A stretch of 64,000 bases of DNA, taken from positions 127,472,001 through 127,536,000 of the forward strand of contig OX597816.1 in assembly GCA_951406725.2 (NCBI GenBank), given 5' to 3'. This document shows, in pieces, positions 13,278 through 27,150 of the stretch (positions within the stretch are counted from its first letter, which is position 1; the number at the start of each line of letters is the position of its first letter). The notes beneath the pieces are model-generated. The model worked only from the letters and a program-made list of their open reading frames with translations, did not search any database and was not told the origin of the DNA. The position numbers and the translations under genes were made by a program. Source of the DNA: Octopus vulgaris. Its lineage: Eukaryota.

Positions 13278-15945
13278 AACAACAAACAAAATGAGGACAA
13301 ATATCCGTCAATTGTAAATAATGTAAATAATTCCTCATCTCTTAAATATAGAACTGCCTTATGAAAAAAGAAAATGGTTTCAAGAAAAATCCCAGTTCTC
13401 CTACTTCTGTTGGAATTCTCAAAAGTTTCCAATTCTTCTCACTAAAGCAAAATGGAGTAAATTCTTCTTACAATACGAGTAGCAGCTGCAATAAGACACT
13501 AAGTTCTTTGACACTAATTCAAGAGGCTTGCAGATTTAACAAAATCTGTCTCCCCTCATCACCTAGCTATAACAACAAGCATAGAAGTGACCACTCTTCT
13601 TTATGACCTTGAAAACAAAGCAGCAGATATTTGTCATTATTTCAATATCTCAAAGACTCAACACTTTTGCTACAATCAGGAGGATTAATAAGAGCAATCA
13701 CACAAAGCCCTCTAAAACCTGCATACTTAAGAAGTAACATCACATGCACAGAAAATGGAAAAATCCATCTTGTGAATGCATGAGTTGTTTTTGATGGTCC
13801 CACTGACATCTGAAACTCTTCTGTCTCTACCTAATGATCTTCTGTATCACTGTGGTGTCAGAGCGATTGTACCTTTTCACTGCTTTGACACTCACCAAAC
13901 ACTAGGAGAGAAACATGCATTTCATTGGACATTGCTTGAAAGTTAAGCAAAAGCTCATTAGCAGTGTACTTCTATGAATGCCTGGACATGGTCAGTCTTC
14001 CAGTAAACGTCTTCATTAACCAATTCTGTACAGACATGGGATATTGCTTGCTATCCTCTCAAATGTTATGCATAATTATAATGATGGCATGACAAAACTG
14101 CACAACTTCAACTAGATGTAGTTGATCCAGCAAACTGCACCTAGAGATTAATTTCCTTTGACATTTGAATCCATTGTAATTCACTAATATTACTAATGCA
14201 CTATAAATATAGGGCCTTGTTGTGAGTAGAACGATATCAATACTGTCCATTTCTAATAGGCATGCACTTAAGAAATTCTTTTTATAACATCATTTTGTGT
14301 TTGAATCTGATGAATCCAGTAAAATGTTTCTTCTAAAACTGACCATAGTCATAAATAGAACTTATGGAACATAGTTGATTTGCTAATAAACTTTGTATAT
14401 TTCAATCCCCTCTTCTGTTTTACCACAATTTCATTATTATCTTCATTACTTCGTCTACCAGCTTCAGTTCTTCCAAGATTTAAATTGATTATATACAACA
14501 AAATATGTCTTAATTTCCTCAACACCATATATGGCATTCTAATTCATTAAATTTCACAAAGTTTTTAGCTTTATTCTCATTTTCTACACACTACAATCAG
14601 AAGTTTATATTTCATAGGGAATCTACTGTCTTCGTTTTATATAATGTACATTTCTGCTTGAATTATGTTTTGGTAGGATAGTCTGCTTGGCTGGCTATTG
14701 TGGTTTAAGCCAGTAAATATGTAGACTGGAGACATGAAGCAAAAGTCTGATGAGAGAAATTGTGTGCTCCTTAAGAAATAATATAAATTCTAAATCTTAA
14801 TAAATGGAGAAATAATAAAGCTGCAGATGTTTCCTCTTAAATTCATTATCAAAGTAAAGGAAATGAAAACACTTCAACTAAAAAATCAAAAGATTGTGGC
14901 AGACTTAGCTTATCAAGAAAATAATATTCATTTTTCATATAGGCACAAGCCTTCACAATTACATTCAGCAAAAATATGACAGTGTTTGATGTTTCTACCT
15001 TTTTTGAAAAACATATTTGCATTATAAGTGATGTGAAATGGCTGCAACCAGGGTCTAACTCTTGATATATTCGACTCAGAGGAAGAATAAAAGCAAAAAC
15101 TGAATTATAATAAATCACTTTTCCTCAATACATCATTTTTGGCTTGAAGCAGCGGCTTGATACTGACAATGATAAAAACTTTGTGAAGGATATATTTATT
15201 TTCACATTAACCATTAAGAGTAGCATTAGTTGCAGCAAAAACATCAGTAGTTTTACATTGTTTTCCATTTACTTGAGACACAAACTAGAACTGTAGTCAT
15301 AGCATCAGACACAGAATTTTCCACTCATAAGTTCAGGTCCTGACAATAAGATTACAACAGTTTTGTCCCCCAAATTCTTCCATTTTGCTATGTCTTTTTT
15401 TTTTTGTCACATGTTATCATGTATATAAATGGTCAGTAGGGGAAAAGATTGACATTGAATATGCAACATTTTAATTTTGCATAAATATAGACCAGTGTCA
15501 GCACACTTGTCTTGGATGGGATTTAGTATGAAGCATAATCTCCTTTGATCAGTGCATCAAGTCATACACATCCAATCTACAGATAACTGTTCACTACAGT
15601 GACATTCCAAAGATTTACCCTCTTTTACTCATTTTTCTATCTACTTAGAAGCAGGTGTACAAATTTTTTAATATTTTAGATAAGTCAACAATTATAAAGA
15701 ATATATTTTATTGTCTTCATAAGAAGAATGAATAATAAGAAAAATAAGCCAAATAAATTTTTTATAAGTTTTACAACCATTTATATAATAGCTAGGTTTC
15801 TTAATTAAATGTTTGCTAAATAGCAAACTACTTGCAAAGAAGTCTTAAAACTGCTTCGAAGACAATGTCATTTTAATTTTGATATCTTTTAACAAGAGAA
15901 ACATTAAAAATAGTCAACACTGTTTTATTTAATTATATATTTATC

Positions 15946-16140
15946 CTCCTCCTCATCATCATCATTTAACGTCTTCTGTCCGTGCTCATATGGGTTGGAT
16001 GATTTGACAGGTGTGCCAGAAGACTGAACTGAAATCCAGTGTCAGCTTTGGCATAGTTTCTATGCCTTCCTAATGCCAAACACTTTACAATGAGTATTAG
16101 GTCCATTTTTCAGGCTAGTGAGGTTGCCAAGTAACTTGTA
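15946..16140 (-). mobile_element. RTE-3'-tail short retroposon copy
   Basis: (CAT)n-TTTAACGTC...GGGTTGGATG...GCCTTCCTAATGCCAA, homologous to the tail at 58955-59100. Confidence 0.6.
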
Positions 16141-16397
16141 TTTCAAGGAAAGAAAAAAAACCCTTGACCGAGTGTGTGTGTGGGGGTATTCGAGCGAGTG
16201 AGGTGGCTTTATGCCAAGTTTCAATTTTTATTCACTAGTAAAGGTTTCTTTGTATATCCTTTCCTTGGACTGTCTCCCTGTTGTCAGATGGCAAAGTCAA
16301 TTATTGTTCATAATCATGGATATCCACCAATGGCTGATTAGTTTTATTGATACCAACTGAGTCGACAATTGATTAGTCATTTAAGTGAATGAAATAT

Positions 16398-16611
16398 TGA
16401 TTTCAAATTTTGGCATGCAGCCAGCAAGTTTGGGGAGGTGGGGCTTGTCGGTTACATCGACCCCAGTATTCAATTAATGTTTATTTTATAGACCATGAAA
16501 AATTGAAAGGCAAAGTTAACCTTGGCAGAATTTGAACCCAAAACATGAAGACGAATGAAATGTCATTAAGCATTTTGTTTGTCATGCTAACAATTCTGCT
16601 AGCTCACTACC
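16398..16611 (-). mobile_element. tRNA-derived SINE (family with central GCCTTTCATCC/GGGGTCGAT segment)
   Basis: Head GGTAGTGAGCTAGCAGAA, B box GGTTCAAATTC; homologous to copies at 33543 and 63716. Confidence 0.75.
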
Positions 16612-19600
16612 TAAGAATGAATGAAATATTAATAAGTGTTTATACAGATATGATAAAATGTTATTGTCTATAATCTGTATAACATCTGGGACTGATAAAA
16701 GAGACAGATATGATGGAATGTTTTATTCTTCCTTATTGCCAATAATGAAATCGTTTATCCTATCAGAAGATAGTAATGCAGATTATGTTTTCTATACCTC
16801 AAATTTGCTTCAATACATAATGACTGGAGTTTATTAATAAAGTAACTGATGAGGATTCAAAAGAATAATTACCTTCAATATGTAGAAAGATAATTTAATT
16901 AAATGTTAATCTAATATCAATAAGAATAAATATTTTTAAAATGATTGAAATAAATTGCTTCTGTTAGTTTTTTACTTATACATTTGAAATTTTCAGTGTA
17001 TAAACATAAATCTTATTCTACTTCAACATCATCTCAGAAATTTAGATCAGTTATATGCTAAAAGTGATGTCTGTTGAAAACTTCTGGCTTTATCTTTTTT
17101 TGGCAATAGTTTCTTTTTTGTGTTACAGATAGCTGTCTTACAGCAAATTCATGCAAATATTGTTTTTATATAAAATATTACTTGTAGATATTTCCTGCTT
17201 TGATTATTACCCCATTCAAGCAAATAATCCTTTGTGAGCTACTATTACAGACATTTACAACAAGCATACAGAAGTTGAAAGAAAATTTAGGAGTAAATAT
17301 TTACAAAATTATGTCTGACCTTATGACTGTCTTTTAACAAAACATCTAACATTTCATCCAAACTCACGTATTCTTCCGATAACCCAAAGAGAAGCCTAGA
17401 TTTTTAACAATGAGGTGTTTGTACTAAATATTTTGAAGTTGCTTTCAAACAGAAGAATAACAAATATTTCTGCATCTTATTTAGTTATTTACTTTGAAAA
17501 TTTGCTCAGGATCTGTATGCATTTAACAGTAGGTTGTGATGCCTTAAGGCAACAAACTCTATAACATATTCACATCTGAGTGCGTTTATCTCTACTCAGA
17601 ATAGCCAAAAGCTATTCTTTTTTACATTCATTCGAATTGAATTTTTTTTTATCATTTTGAAAACCAACCTGCAATTACTGTTGTATATATATATTTTTAA
17701 ATCCTAAGATAGAATTTGATTGAGACATGTTCTACACTTCTGGCTTCTTTTTTACATACTTTTTTCTTTTACCTTTTCTTCTTGCATTTCTCTTCTATGG
17801 CTTCCTTCTTAATTTTCTCTATTTTTAATTTTTGTATTTGAATATCCTTTCATTGCTAAATATATCATTTCATCAAATCAAAGTTTGTAAAATGACACAC
17901 ATAACATTCGAAAATAATCCTGAAAATATTGCATGGCAGAATCTGCAAGAGATTCACAAGGAATAAATAAATAAATAACAATCAGTTATGCACAAATAAA
18001 GTAAGAAATATACTATTTTTGAACTAAACCTATTTCTGGCTTACTTCTGATATTTGTTGAAGTATAAACTTTATCAGAGAATATTCTAGTTTTATCTTCT
18101 AATACTAAACTATTTTCACTGTTGTTTTACCAACTAAAAATCATTTTTATTTCAAAAAGTTATTTTGAAAAGTAAAACTGATGAGAAATAGTATGACCCT
18201 TAACCTTATATGTATAAGTATGCTGTGTGTATAAATTATTAAACAATGAATTACCATACTTGAAAATAATGTACATTGCAGACGATCAATATTTTTATCT
18301 TAGAATTACATTATCAGAGAATTGTTACTTCTACAGAATGTAGCCATAAGACACATATGACTTTAAACATTGTGGAAAGTATAATTACTACTATGGTACT
18401 CATACAAATCAAATACCATCATGAAATGTGTAATGATTTTAAGACATCTTTGAAATAATTCCTATTTATAGTTGGTGAATTACAAATAGAATACTACCTT
18501 TACTAAGTGTATTCTTTTCAATTAATTACTTTTATAGATTAGAGGGAAACTTAGTTCCAGATCTGTCATACTTGTGGAAACCTTAAACAAGGAGTCATTA
18601 AACTAAAGCATATTTTAGTGTTAATGAGAAACCTTAAACTCTGACTTGGACAAAAATTTTTGAAGTTTGTAGACACCTTAAAGATTGACCTCTTGGCTTT
18701 GTTACAGCATTTGGTGATAAAGGGAATCTTTAAGTGCTAAAATATTGACATGGTAGTAAATCATCTGCTGTAACTGAAAGGCATGAGATGTTTATTGCAT
18801 ATATTTCTTCCACTGAAATTCTACGTTACAGTCATTTATCAGAAAATCAAAGAAAATCATTTAAAGTTCTAACTAAATTTGAACATTTTAAAATTGTTCA
18901 CCCCTGTAAATAAATTGAGAAGTTTTACATGTGGAATTAGTATTTGTCTTGGTGTCTAGTTTGATATTAATAATCTATATCGCAATTCTACACATTGTTT
19001 TATAGAAAGATAAGCAAAACAATAAATTACAATGAAAAAATTTTTCTACAGTAAAATGACTAAAAAATATCAAGTCAGCTCCTTTATGTTTAAGAAAAAA
19101 ATACAGCTGGCAAATTATGTATAATTTGCAATAGTAGCTTGATGGAAGTTAGTTTTTAACATACTGTGTATTTTGCTAAATCTGCTTTGAAGATAATGAA
19201 ATGTCTACCACCTGCAAACATTAATCACTGCAAAATGATTCATAATTGTATAATTATTTTACAAGAAAGTACATCAATGCTCTCTTATATTACATTTACT
19301 CCTCTAAGCTGTGTTACAGATACAAAACTATATTTTATTTATATATTTCTAAAAACTGTTCACAATTGTAATTGCCAAATAAACAGAATATCTTACTATT
19401 TTGCCTCAGTACCATCACTTCAGCATAGAGTTTGATTTATTTTCTCTTTAATTTTTTACATTTCTTTTACAAGAAGTAGACCATGTATGATTTTAAGCTA
19501 AAACTAGGTGGAAGAATAGACAAGTTTGACTTGTCTTTTATATAAAACATGAAACATATACGTTTTCATGTATTACTTTACCTGTTCCTTGTCAATCTCA

Positions 19601-19944
19601 GCTTCATATAACTTGTCTTACTAGGTCACAACTGATATTATTATTTCAACAAATTGCAAAGCTGAAGTTTCTTTACTCAGTTTTAGGATTTATAAAAATA
19701 TTTTTTCAAATTTAAAAATGTTAATTGATGCAAGTAGAAGGAGGAAGACAAAAGAAAACTGGAAAACAGGTGATGAGGTCTAACCTCAGAATGCTGAACT
19801 CCACAGAGGAGACAACAAATGAGGCAGTAGTCAGATAGATACTCTGTTAAACCTGATCTATCCAAATTATACCAGCATGAAAAATTTGATGTTTATGGTG
19901 TAATCCCACATCTACTTAGTTTATTTATTCCTTACTTTCCATTA

Positions 19945-20440
19945 ATCATCATCATTGTTTAACGTCCGCTTTCCATGCTAGCATGGGTTGGGCTATTTGA
20001 CTGAGGTCAGGTGAACCAGATGGTTGCACTAGGCTCCAATCTGATCTGGCAGAATTTCTACAGCTGGATGCCCTTCCTAACGCCAACCACTCTGAGAGTG
20101 TAGTGGGTGCTTTTATGTATCACAGTCAGGAGGTACTGGCCCATGTTCAAATGGTGCTTTTTATGTGCCACCTGCACAGGAGCCAGTCCAGCGGTACTGG
20201 CAACGACCTTGCTTGAATGTTTTTTCACGTGCCACCAGCACAAGTACCAGTAAGGCGATGCAGGTAACTATCACGCTGGAATGGTGCTGTTTATGTGCCA
20301 CCAGCATGGAAGCCAGTTTGTTGCTCTCACAACAATCACACTCAGCTGGTACTCTTAGCACTCCACTAGCATGGATGCTAGTCATTGAATTTGATTTCGA
20401 TTTCAATTGCCTCAACAGGTCTTCACAAGCAGAGACCAAA
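19945..20440 (-). mobile_element. RTE-3'-tail short retroposon copy with internal subrepeats
   Basis: CATCATCATTGTTTAACGTCCGCTTTCCATGCTAGCATGGG end and repeated GGTGCTTTTTATGTGCCACC units; homologous to 39615 and 58955. Confidence 0.75.
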
Positions 20441-20464
20441 TTAGATATTTTTCTATGTCAAATC

Positions 20465-20640
20465 TTTGATCTATGTGTGTTGTTTCATTCACTATTAGTG
20501 GTTCAGCTAAAAAGACTGATAGAATAAGTACTTGGCTTCAAAACAAATAGTACTGGAGGTGATTCATCCAACTAAAAATTTCTCAAGGTGATGCCCCAGC
20601 ATGGCCACAGTTTAATGACTGAAACAAATAAAAGGAAACA
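20465..20640 (+). mobile_element. SINE 3' half
   Basis: GATAGAATAAGTAC...CCCCAGCATGGCCACAG...GACTGAAAC; similar segments at ~46240 and ~39510. Confidence 0.5.
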
Positions 20641-21599
20641 GATAAAGGATACACACACACACTCACTTATACAACACCTAGATGACTAAATATACTTAAA
20701 TATAAAATTTATTTGATGATATATTCTGTTGCACTATTTAGCAACTTCAACAGTTATTAATTTACCTCAATGAAAATCTACTATACTTCCAAAATGTTCA
20801 TAAATTATTTCATAGAAATGTTTTATTGGTTGAAGAAATAAATTAAAGTTTCTTTCTTTATAAAATAACAAATGTATCATCTATCTTCACAATTACTTTT
20901 ATATTATTAAAACCCAAAACAGTGAATGAGCTACTTGGGAAGCTTAACTAATATGATTCTCAAGGTCTTTGACTCACAGAATAAATATGAAACTCAAGGT
21001 TTAATTATGAATCTTAAATGCAAACGGCTTAACTTTTGACCTTTCTTCCATAATATTTTCAAACACGCAGTTACACTAAAAGTAAATATTACATCTCTGC
21101 TTCATATGGTCACAACAGATCAGTGGAAGATAAAATAATAGTCACTCAGCAAAAAGTCATGTATATGCTTTATATTTCAATACACACTAATATATTGCCC
21201 TCTTCTTTGTAGTTGAAGCTAGAGTTTCAGGGAGTGGGGCACAAGTACTGCTTTCCTCCCCTCAATTTTCCAAAATTCGGGCAGTGTCTTTAAGTTTGGT
21301 CCATTTGTCTTCAGAGTAAAGGCTGTATAGCTTCTCTGTGAAAACTATTCTTGTGAAAGATGCGTTGCTTCTATTTCTGTTGCTGGTTGTTTTATTGTCT
21401 TTTGTTCTGCAACTGTTGTTTTCACTGCGATTTTCAATATCATTGTTGTGGGTGTTGCTCAAGTTATAATATTGTTAAAAACTTAGCATTTCAGTTCACA
21501 AATTTGTCTTCACCATTCTTGTTGTTATTGTTGCAGTTGTAGCTACCGCGTTCATTCAACAGATTACATAGGCCAATTTTGGCATCTGTGCAACTGCTA

Positions 21600-23100
21600 C
21601 CACTACTTGACATGTTTGTGGCATTTGAAGGAGAGGGCATAGATAGAGAAACCATTTATCCTTTCATAATGTCTCACAGTTATGTGGGCATGTGTCTTCA
21701 AGAAACTCATTGAGTGTGCAGCGCTAGAGTTATGGATAAATATTGAAGCATGAATAAGTAGCTACAGTTATGGATAAATTTTGAGGGTTGAATATGGTTA
21801 TGAGCATTCCAAAAGTTCCAGAGCATCTCTCTGACAAAGGATGTCATTAATTTGGTGATCAGCTAGTGAGACTAACTGGTTGATAATTGACAGGGGTGGT
21901 ATGCTAGCTCTTTTGGAAAGGGAAATAATGCTACCAATTTTTCAGTAAATCTGCCAACATAACATTCAGCAGTCACTTTGGGATCATTAGTATTCTGACC
22001 TATGAGGAATTGCAGAGACGGGCAAAATGAAAGTGAGGCCTCTGTCTCAAATTCCCATATTTCCAGAACACTTTATTATTCATGTTGGTTGCTATGAATT
22101 GTTCAGATTTAGGTGCTGCATTTTTAGTCATCTGCTTGATATGGCCCGGTAATCTGCTGCATCTTCTATTATCTTCTGTTCTGTGTAATCTGTATTCACT
22201 TTCAACGTCTTGTCATCCTTTTCTGGTGAGGCAAACAGCTGCAGTCTTACAAATAATACCTTTAAGTTTCTAACATGTTTACAGGATTCTGATGCTTTGC
22301 ATACAGCCCGGATTACATTGAGAATGTGCTGAAAAGTGGTATTAATATCTCATATCTCTGGAATCATAAAATTCAAGCTATTCAGCTTTGTTCTAGGCAA
22401 AAAAGCAGCTTGTGTTGGTGGTGATGGCAGTGGTGGCAGCAGTAGTAGGGTTAGATACAGCAGTAGTGGCAGCTTTTTTTCCACCCATAAAATACAAATT
22501 GACAATAGTCATGAAGCCACTGGAGTTATTAAAATGTTCTCTGGCAGTGGAGATAACAGTTTTTCAGGAGTGGTTACATAGAAAATCTACCTCTTGGGTG
22601 ACTACTAGGAACCAGACACATTGGACACTATATCAAAGAAATTGTTTGTAATTTGCATCTTGTCAAATGTTTCCCAGTCAGGGTTATTTAAACCCCCAGT
22701 ATTGAAAGCACAGGTAACTGTTTTCCTTGATGCAGCTCTGAGGATGTCAAAAAGCTGTGTCTTGATAATAGTAAAGAAAAAAAACATGTAAAAGGTAGTT
22801 ACATGCTTACATAGATGTTCTTCTAAATGCCTAAAAATATCGTAAAGAATTGCTGAAAATCTTGAGCAACCATAAGCCATCATTAAAATGGTCTTTTGTG
22901 AAACAGGTTGTAGCCAATCATGCTAAAACACTAATGCAGAGTAAACAATGAGCCCAGGTTATCAAGACTGCAATGAAATCAAGATCAGTATTTTTAACAT
23001 AAGAGTATAACAAATTCAGACCTTCTTGCATAAACTGTGGCCATTTAAATACAGTAACCTTATAATTCTTAGGGCATGGTATATTATTCTCATTTAAGTT
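21600..23100 (-). mobile_element. Highly degenerate LINE ORF2 (CR1/jockey-group AP endonuclease to start of RT)
   Basis: Minus-strand motifs in the expected order: DLDFIAVLITW (cf. DIIAVTETW), GGLNNPDW (cf. GDFNxPxW), SPKR (cf. xPTR), PVNYQPVSLTS (cf. NYRPISLTS). Confidence 0.55.
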
Positions 23101-26100
23101 TCTCAATTATTTTCACTGCTATCAATTGTTGGTACTCTCAGAATAGCTTGTCTCCCATTTTTATATGTCACCAGACTAGACAAATTTCTCTATTTTTCTA
23201 TCATTTTGTAAACTAAAATGCACGTGTAGTGCAGAGTCACAATTCAAGGAAGCTACTGTAGATCGACTGTTTGACAGAATTTTTAAGAGGGGTAGAAATA
23301 GGCAAATAAACATTTTATTTGATTGCCATAAATAATTTCATTACAGAAATCATACATCACAACACTGTCATTTCTATATAAAAAAACAAATAATTTGGAG
23401 TTCAAACAATAGCTAAAAAAGAATGTCAGACAAGTTGCATATAAATAATAGTATTAATTTATACATGCATTCTAAAGAGGGACTTTTTAGCCTAAATTCT
23501 ATTACAAAACATTTTTTATATAAAATAAAATAGAAAATGTTAAGTGTCAACTGTCTCAAACAACTTTGATATTTAGAATTTATTTACACATGAAATAGTA
23601 TGTGACACAATGATTTATAAAAGAACATTTCTAGAAAGAACGCATAACTGAAACTGAACAGTATGCAGTTTACTCAAATTGTTTGTTATTTTTATTTTTA
23701 GAAAAGCTACCTGATTTTCCTTCTTTCTTTGTTATCAATACTTTACATATATTGTTATTTTATGGGCATCACTTAATGTAAATCATATAGAACATTTTGA
23801 TAGCATGGCAGCAATTTAAGTTACATTCAAATAATCCTTTCAAATAATAACAGTAAACAGTTTTCATTTACTTGTGACTTAATTATGGAATTCAAGACAT
23901 GCAGTTGCAAATCAATTTTGTATTTGGCTTCAGAATTTTAAATAGCTTTCAAAATTTACTTTAATCTCTTCTGTTAAAATTTTTATTGTCATATTTCACA
24001 AGTAATCTTTTGGTTCTACTTCTCAAAGTTTGCTGTATCTCTCTTGCTACCCAATAAAATATGCTTTATTAGTAAATTTACCTATTACTGCTAGCCCCTA
24101 GTTTCATATTTACTGTTAAATTATAACCATTACATTGTCTACCTTTATTTTTTCTCTCTTCCTTTTCCTATTTCTCTTTCTTTATCTTTTCTTTCTTCTA
24201 ATGTGGGTTTTGCATCTCAAATACAAAACACTTTTATCCATTGTCAACATAGATTAACAGGTTACACCTACACCTAGAATTCTTTGCTTTGTTTCTCTCA
24301 AAATTCTGTTATGCAACACTTCCTATTCTCTAGTTATACTGCAAGGTCAAATCAAGTAAATATTTTTTTTAATATGTGGAAAAATAGAAAATTCCAATTA
24401 AATTTGAAAATGTTAATTTTTTTTTTTCAAATGTATTACATTTAACAAGCAAGGTAAGAAATATAAACAAAACATTCCAAACATAAAAGATATTTATTTC
24501 TAACAAAGAATATCTAATTATAGCATCAACTCATTATATATTTCCCATTTCTTTTTCAGATCAGTATTTCTTTGATTCACACCTAGTTAATGTACATATC
24601 AAAATTAGTTGCCATGTTTTTTTCACAAGATAACTATTTTACTCAAGGCTAATTATTTATTTTATTTTCATTTACCTTTTCATTTTTGTTTTTAGAAATC
24701 TATCTTCAGGTTTATAATTGACTCTATAAAGTATATTTTGATTCTCGGTAAAAAGCTGAAGCTAATAGCATATAATATAACAGATTGTATCATATAAGTC
24801 TTTATATATGGTTTTGTTACTTCCCTTCTATAGCCAAGTCACAGAATACTTAAATATTAAAACTCTTTTGTTGAAAGTACAGACAGAAAATGTTTTATGG
24901 CAAGTTAGCAATTAATTTTGGTTTAGTGTCTTCAGGTTATATTGAAGAATGTAAAATATTGCCCTGGAAAGCATTCAGTTATGTTAGTAAACCTGAATGG
25001 AGATTTAAGGAGTTACTTCAGAAGTTTTTGTAATAAATAAACTTGAAAAGAAATATTATATGTTATTTTGCTTTTTGTTTTCAAAATAAGACCCCAAAAA
25101 TTGTAAATATTTTATAAGTCAAGAAAGAGTTTCCTGATTTTTCCTCCAGTATCTCTCTCCCTCTTTTTCTCTCCTCCCTCCTCTCTTTCTCATTATACAT
25201 GAAAATAAACAAATAAATCAGTTTGAATCTGTAAAGCATGTGAGGCTTTAACGTTTGAACATTGTTACCTTCAGTCAGATAATTCAAAGAAAGGCTACAT
25301 TTTCATACATTAATTAAAACAGTTTTGTACTTTTATTTATGACGCAATATTCATTTGTTGGAGGCTGGTCATACCAAAACTTATTTTACACAGTCGATTC
25401 TTTGTAAACTAGATCTAAAGTTGTATTTATTAATGTAGACTTTAAGCTGACAAATGTGTCTTACACATTTGTCTACAGCTTATCTGAATCATTGCTTGAA
25501 TTGCTTGTTGCTTTTATCGGCATCATTATAAACTCACTTTCCAACAATAGCTTATTTTAGATGAACTTGTTTGATAACAGTGTTTCCTTTTGTTTCACAT
25601 CTCTAAAATAAACACAGACTGTTTCGTATAACATTTCTTCTTTGTTTCTGATCAGCTTTTTATATTCCCTCTCCCAAATCTCATATTGTGCAGTTGACAT
25701 TAATATAATAATGATATTAATATAATAATGATTTCTTTCTTATGCACAAAGCCAAATTTTTTAGGGAAAAATTAAGTCAGAAGAATTAAACACCGTTTCT
25801 CTTTAATATTATTTTATTGACTCACAGAAACGAAATCAAAGCTAAAATTATTGGTGTGACTGGAACTCAGTACAATGAAAGATGACAGTAAAAATACTGT
25901 AAGGTATTCACATCAGTATTCTACAGTTCCAACCATCTTCAAATGATGGTAATGCTGCAAATGATTAAGAACAGGATGTAATCAATAGCTATAAATGTCA
26001 AATTAAATGATGAAAGAAAATTTTTAGTATAAAAGGTTTTGGCAAAATTCTATCAAATAATTTTAGATATGAGCTATATCATTCCAAAGATTTATATCTA

Positions 26101-26699
26101 GAGGGGTAATGTGTCATGCTCTGAGGATAGCAGTCCACTTTGCAAGTAAAAAATTACCAAGCCTACTTTATTACAGATTATTTGTCTGCTAGAATTCAAA
26201 AAAAAAAAAACAGCAGTTTGTAAAATAAACATCTACTCCAGAAGCACTCATCTTGTAACCAAATTGTAAATAGGGAACCAAGACATAAATGCCTTTCATT
26301 TTATTATTTTGAAATTAAAATCAGCTTCTAATCAATGTTTTGGTTGTATTTCATTTAAAATATTCTTAATCTGTAATAAAATAAACAACCAATATTTCTA
26401 AAAGCAATATTGTCTGTTTGATGAATTCCACAACCAATATCTCGTTTATAATTTAAGTCAAATAGATGAAAATAGAAACTTATTATTTGTCAATTTGTTA
26501 CATCTGAGAAAAAAAAAGTAAAGCTATTTGTTCTCAAAGACCTCCTTTGAATTATTTATAAAAGAGTTTATTTTTCGCTGTTAACTGTAAACATTTCAAT
26601 ATAACCATAATCTTAATCATTATCATTGTTAAAAATTCTAATCATTGTAATCCTCCTCCTCATCATCATCATCCTCATCATCCTCATCATCATCATCAC

Positions 26700-27150
26700 C
26701 ATCACCTCCATCATCAGTCTTATGTTCCTTTTCCATGCAGCAAGACAACATTCCATTCAGTGTCTTGATCCTGCAATTTTTTTTTCTGTGAAGTATGTTC
26801 TTAGATCTGTTGCAACAATTTTTATTATTGCCTTATGACATCTGCATTTACTGAGTAACTGACTTACACCACCTATTTCCAATGATTTTCACCCTGAATG
26901 CCACATCCATTCATGTTACAGCTCACTCACATTTATGTTAGTTTTTCATGTACACCGATGTTGCCCATCCTGCTGAACATGCTAGCTTCATTCCTTTATA
27001 ATTTTTGCAAATCCTCTACAGCTAGGTCCTACATCTCACTGCCATGAATCATTACTGTTTATACAGAAAAATAATAAATTTTTCACACTTTCTTTCAGCT
27101 AAGTTCTACTCACGACATATTGTTCAACTCTAGGCTTGTTGCTTTTGTTA
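26700..27150 (-). mobile_element. Degenerate RTE 3' fragment
   Basis: (CAT)n tail, TTTTCCATGC motif and ATGCTAGCTTCATTCC...CTCACTGCCATG homologous to 59720-59790 (HGSETW region). Confidence 0.55.

Larger units (their letters stand above)
12813..13355. mobile_element. Palindromic element: two head-to-head copies of [tRNA-like head - (TAA)n - hammerhead-like tail]
   Basis: Left arm ~12813-13086 is the reverse complement of right arm ~13091-13332. A 23 nt tail (13333-13355) occurs on the right only. TSD GCTTTATGAAA (12802-12812) / GCCTTATGAAA (13356-13366). Confidence 0.85.
11640..14110 (+). mobile_element. Degenerate non-LTR retrotransposon (RTE-like ORF), split by the 12813-13355 insertion
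   Basis: KKNRKTAGLRDISPEV*K...LPKK...KNYREIAIT...KAL* before the insertion continues as KKENGFKKN after it, matching KAAGxDxIPPEVWK / PKKG / NYRGI / QNGFR RT-proximal motifs. Outer boundaries are uncertain. Confidence 0.65.

Noticed and set aside
22605-22883. ORF with ILYDIFRHLEEHL resembling a KDZ/Zisupton transposase motif
   Set aside because: Downstream KDZ motifs are absent, and flanking motifs fit a decayed LINE endonuclease/RT better.
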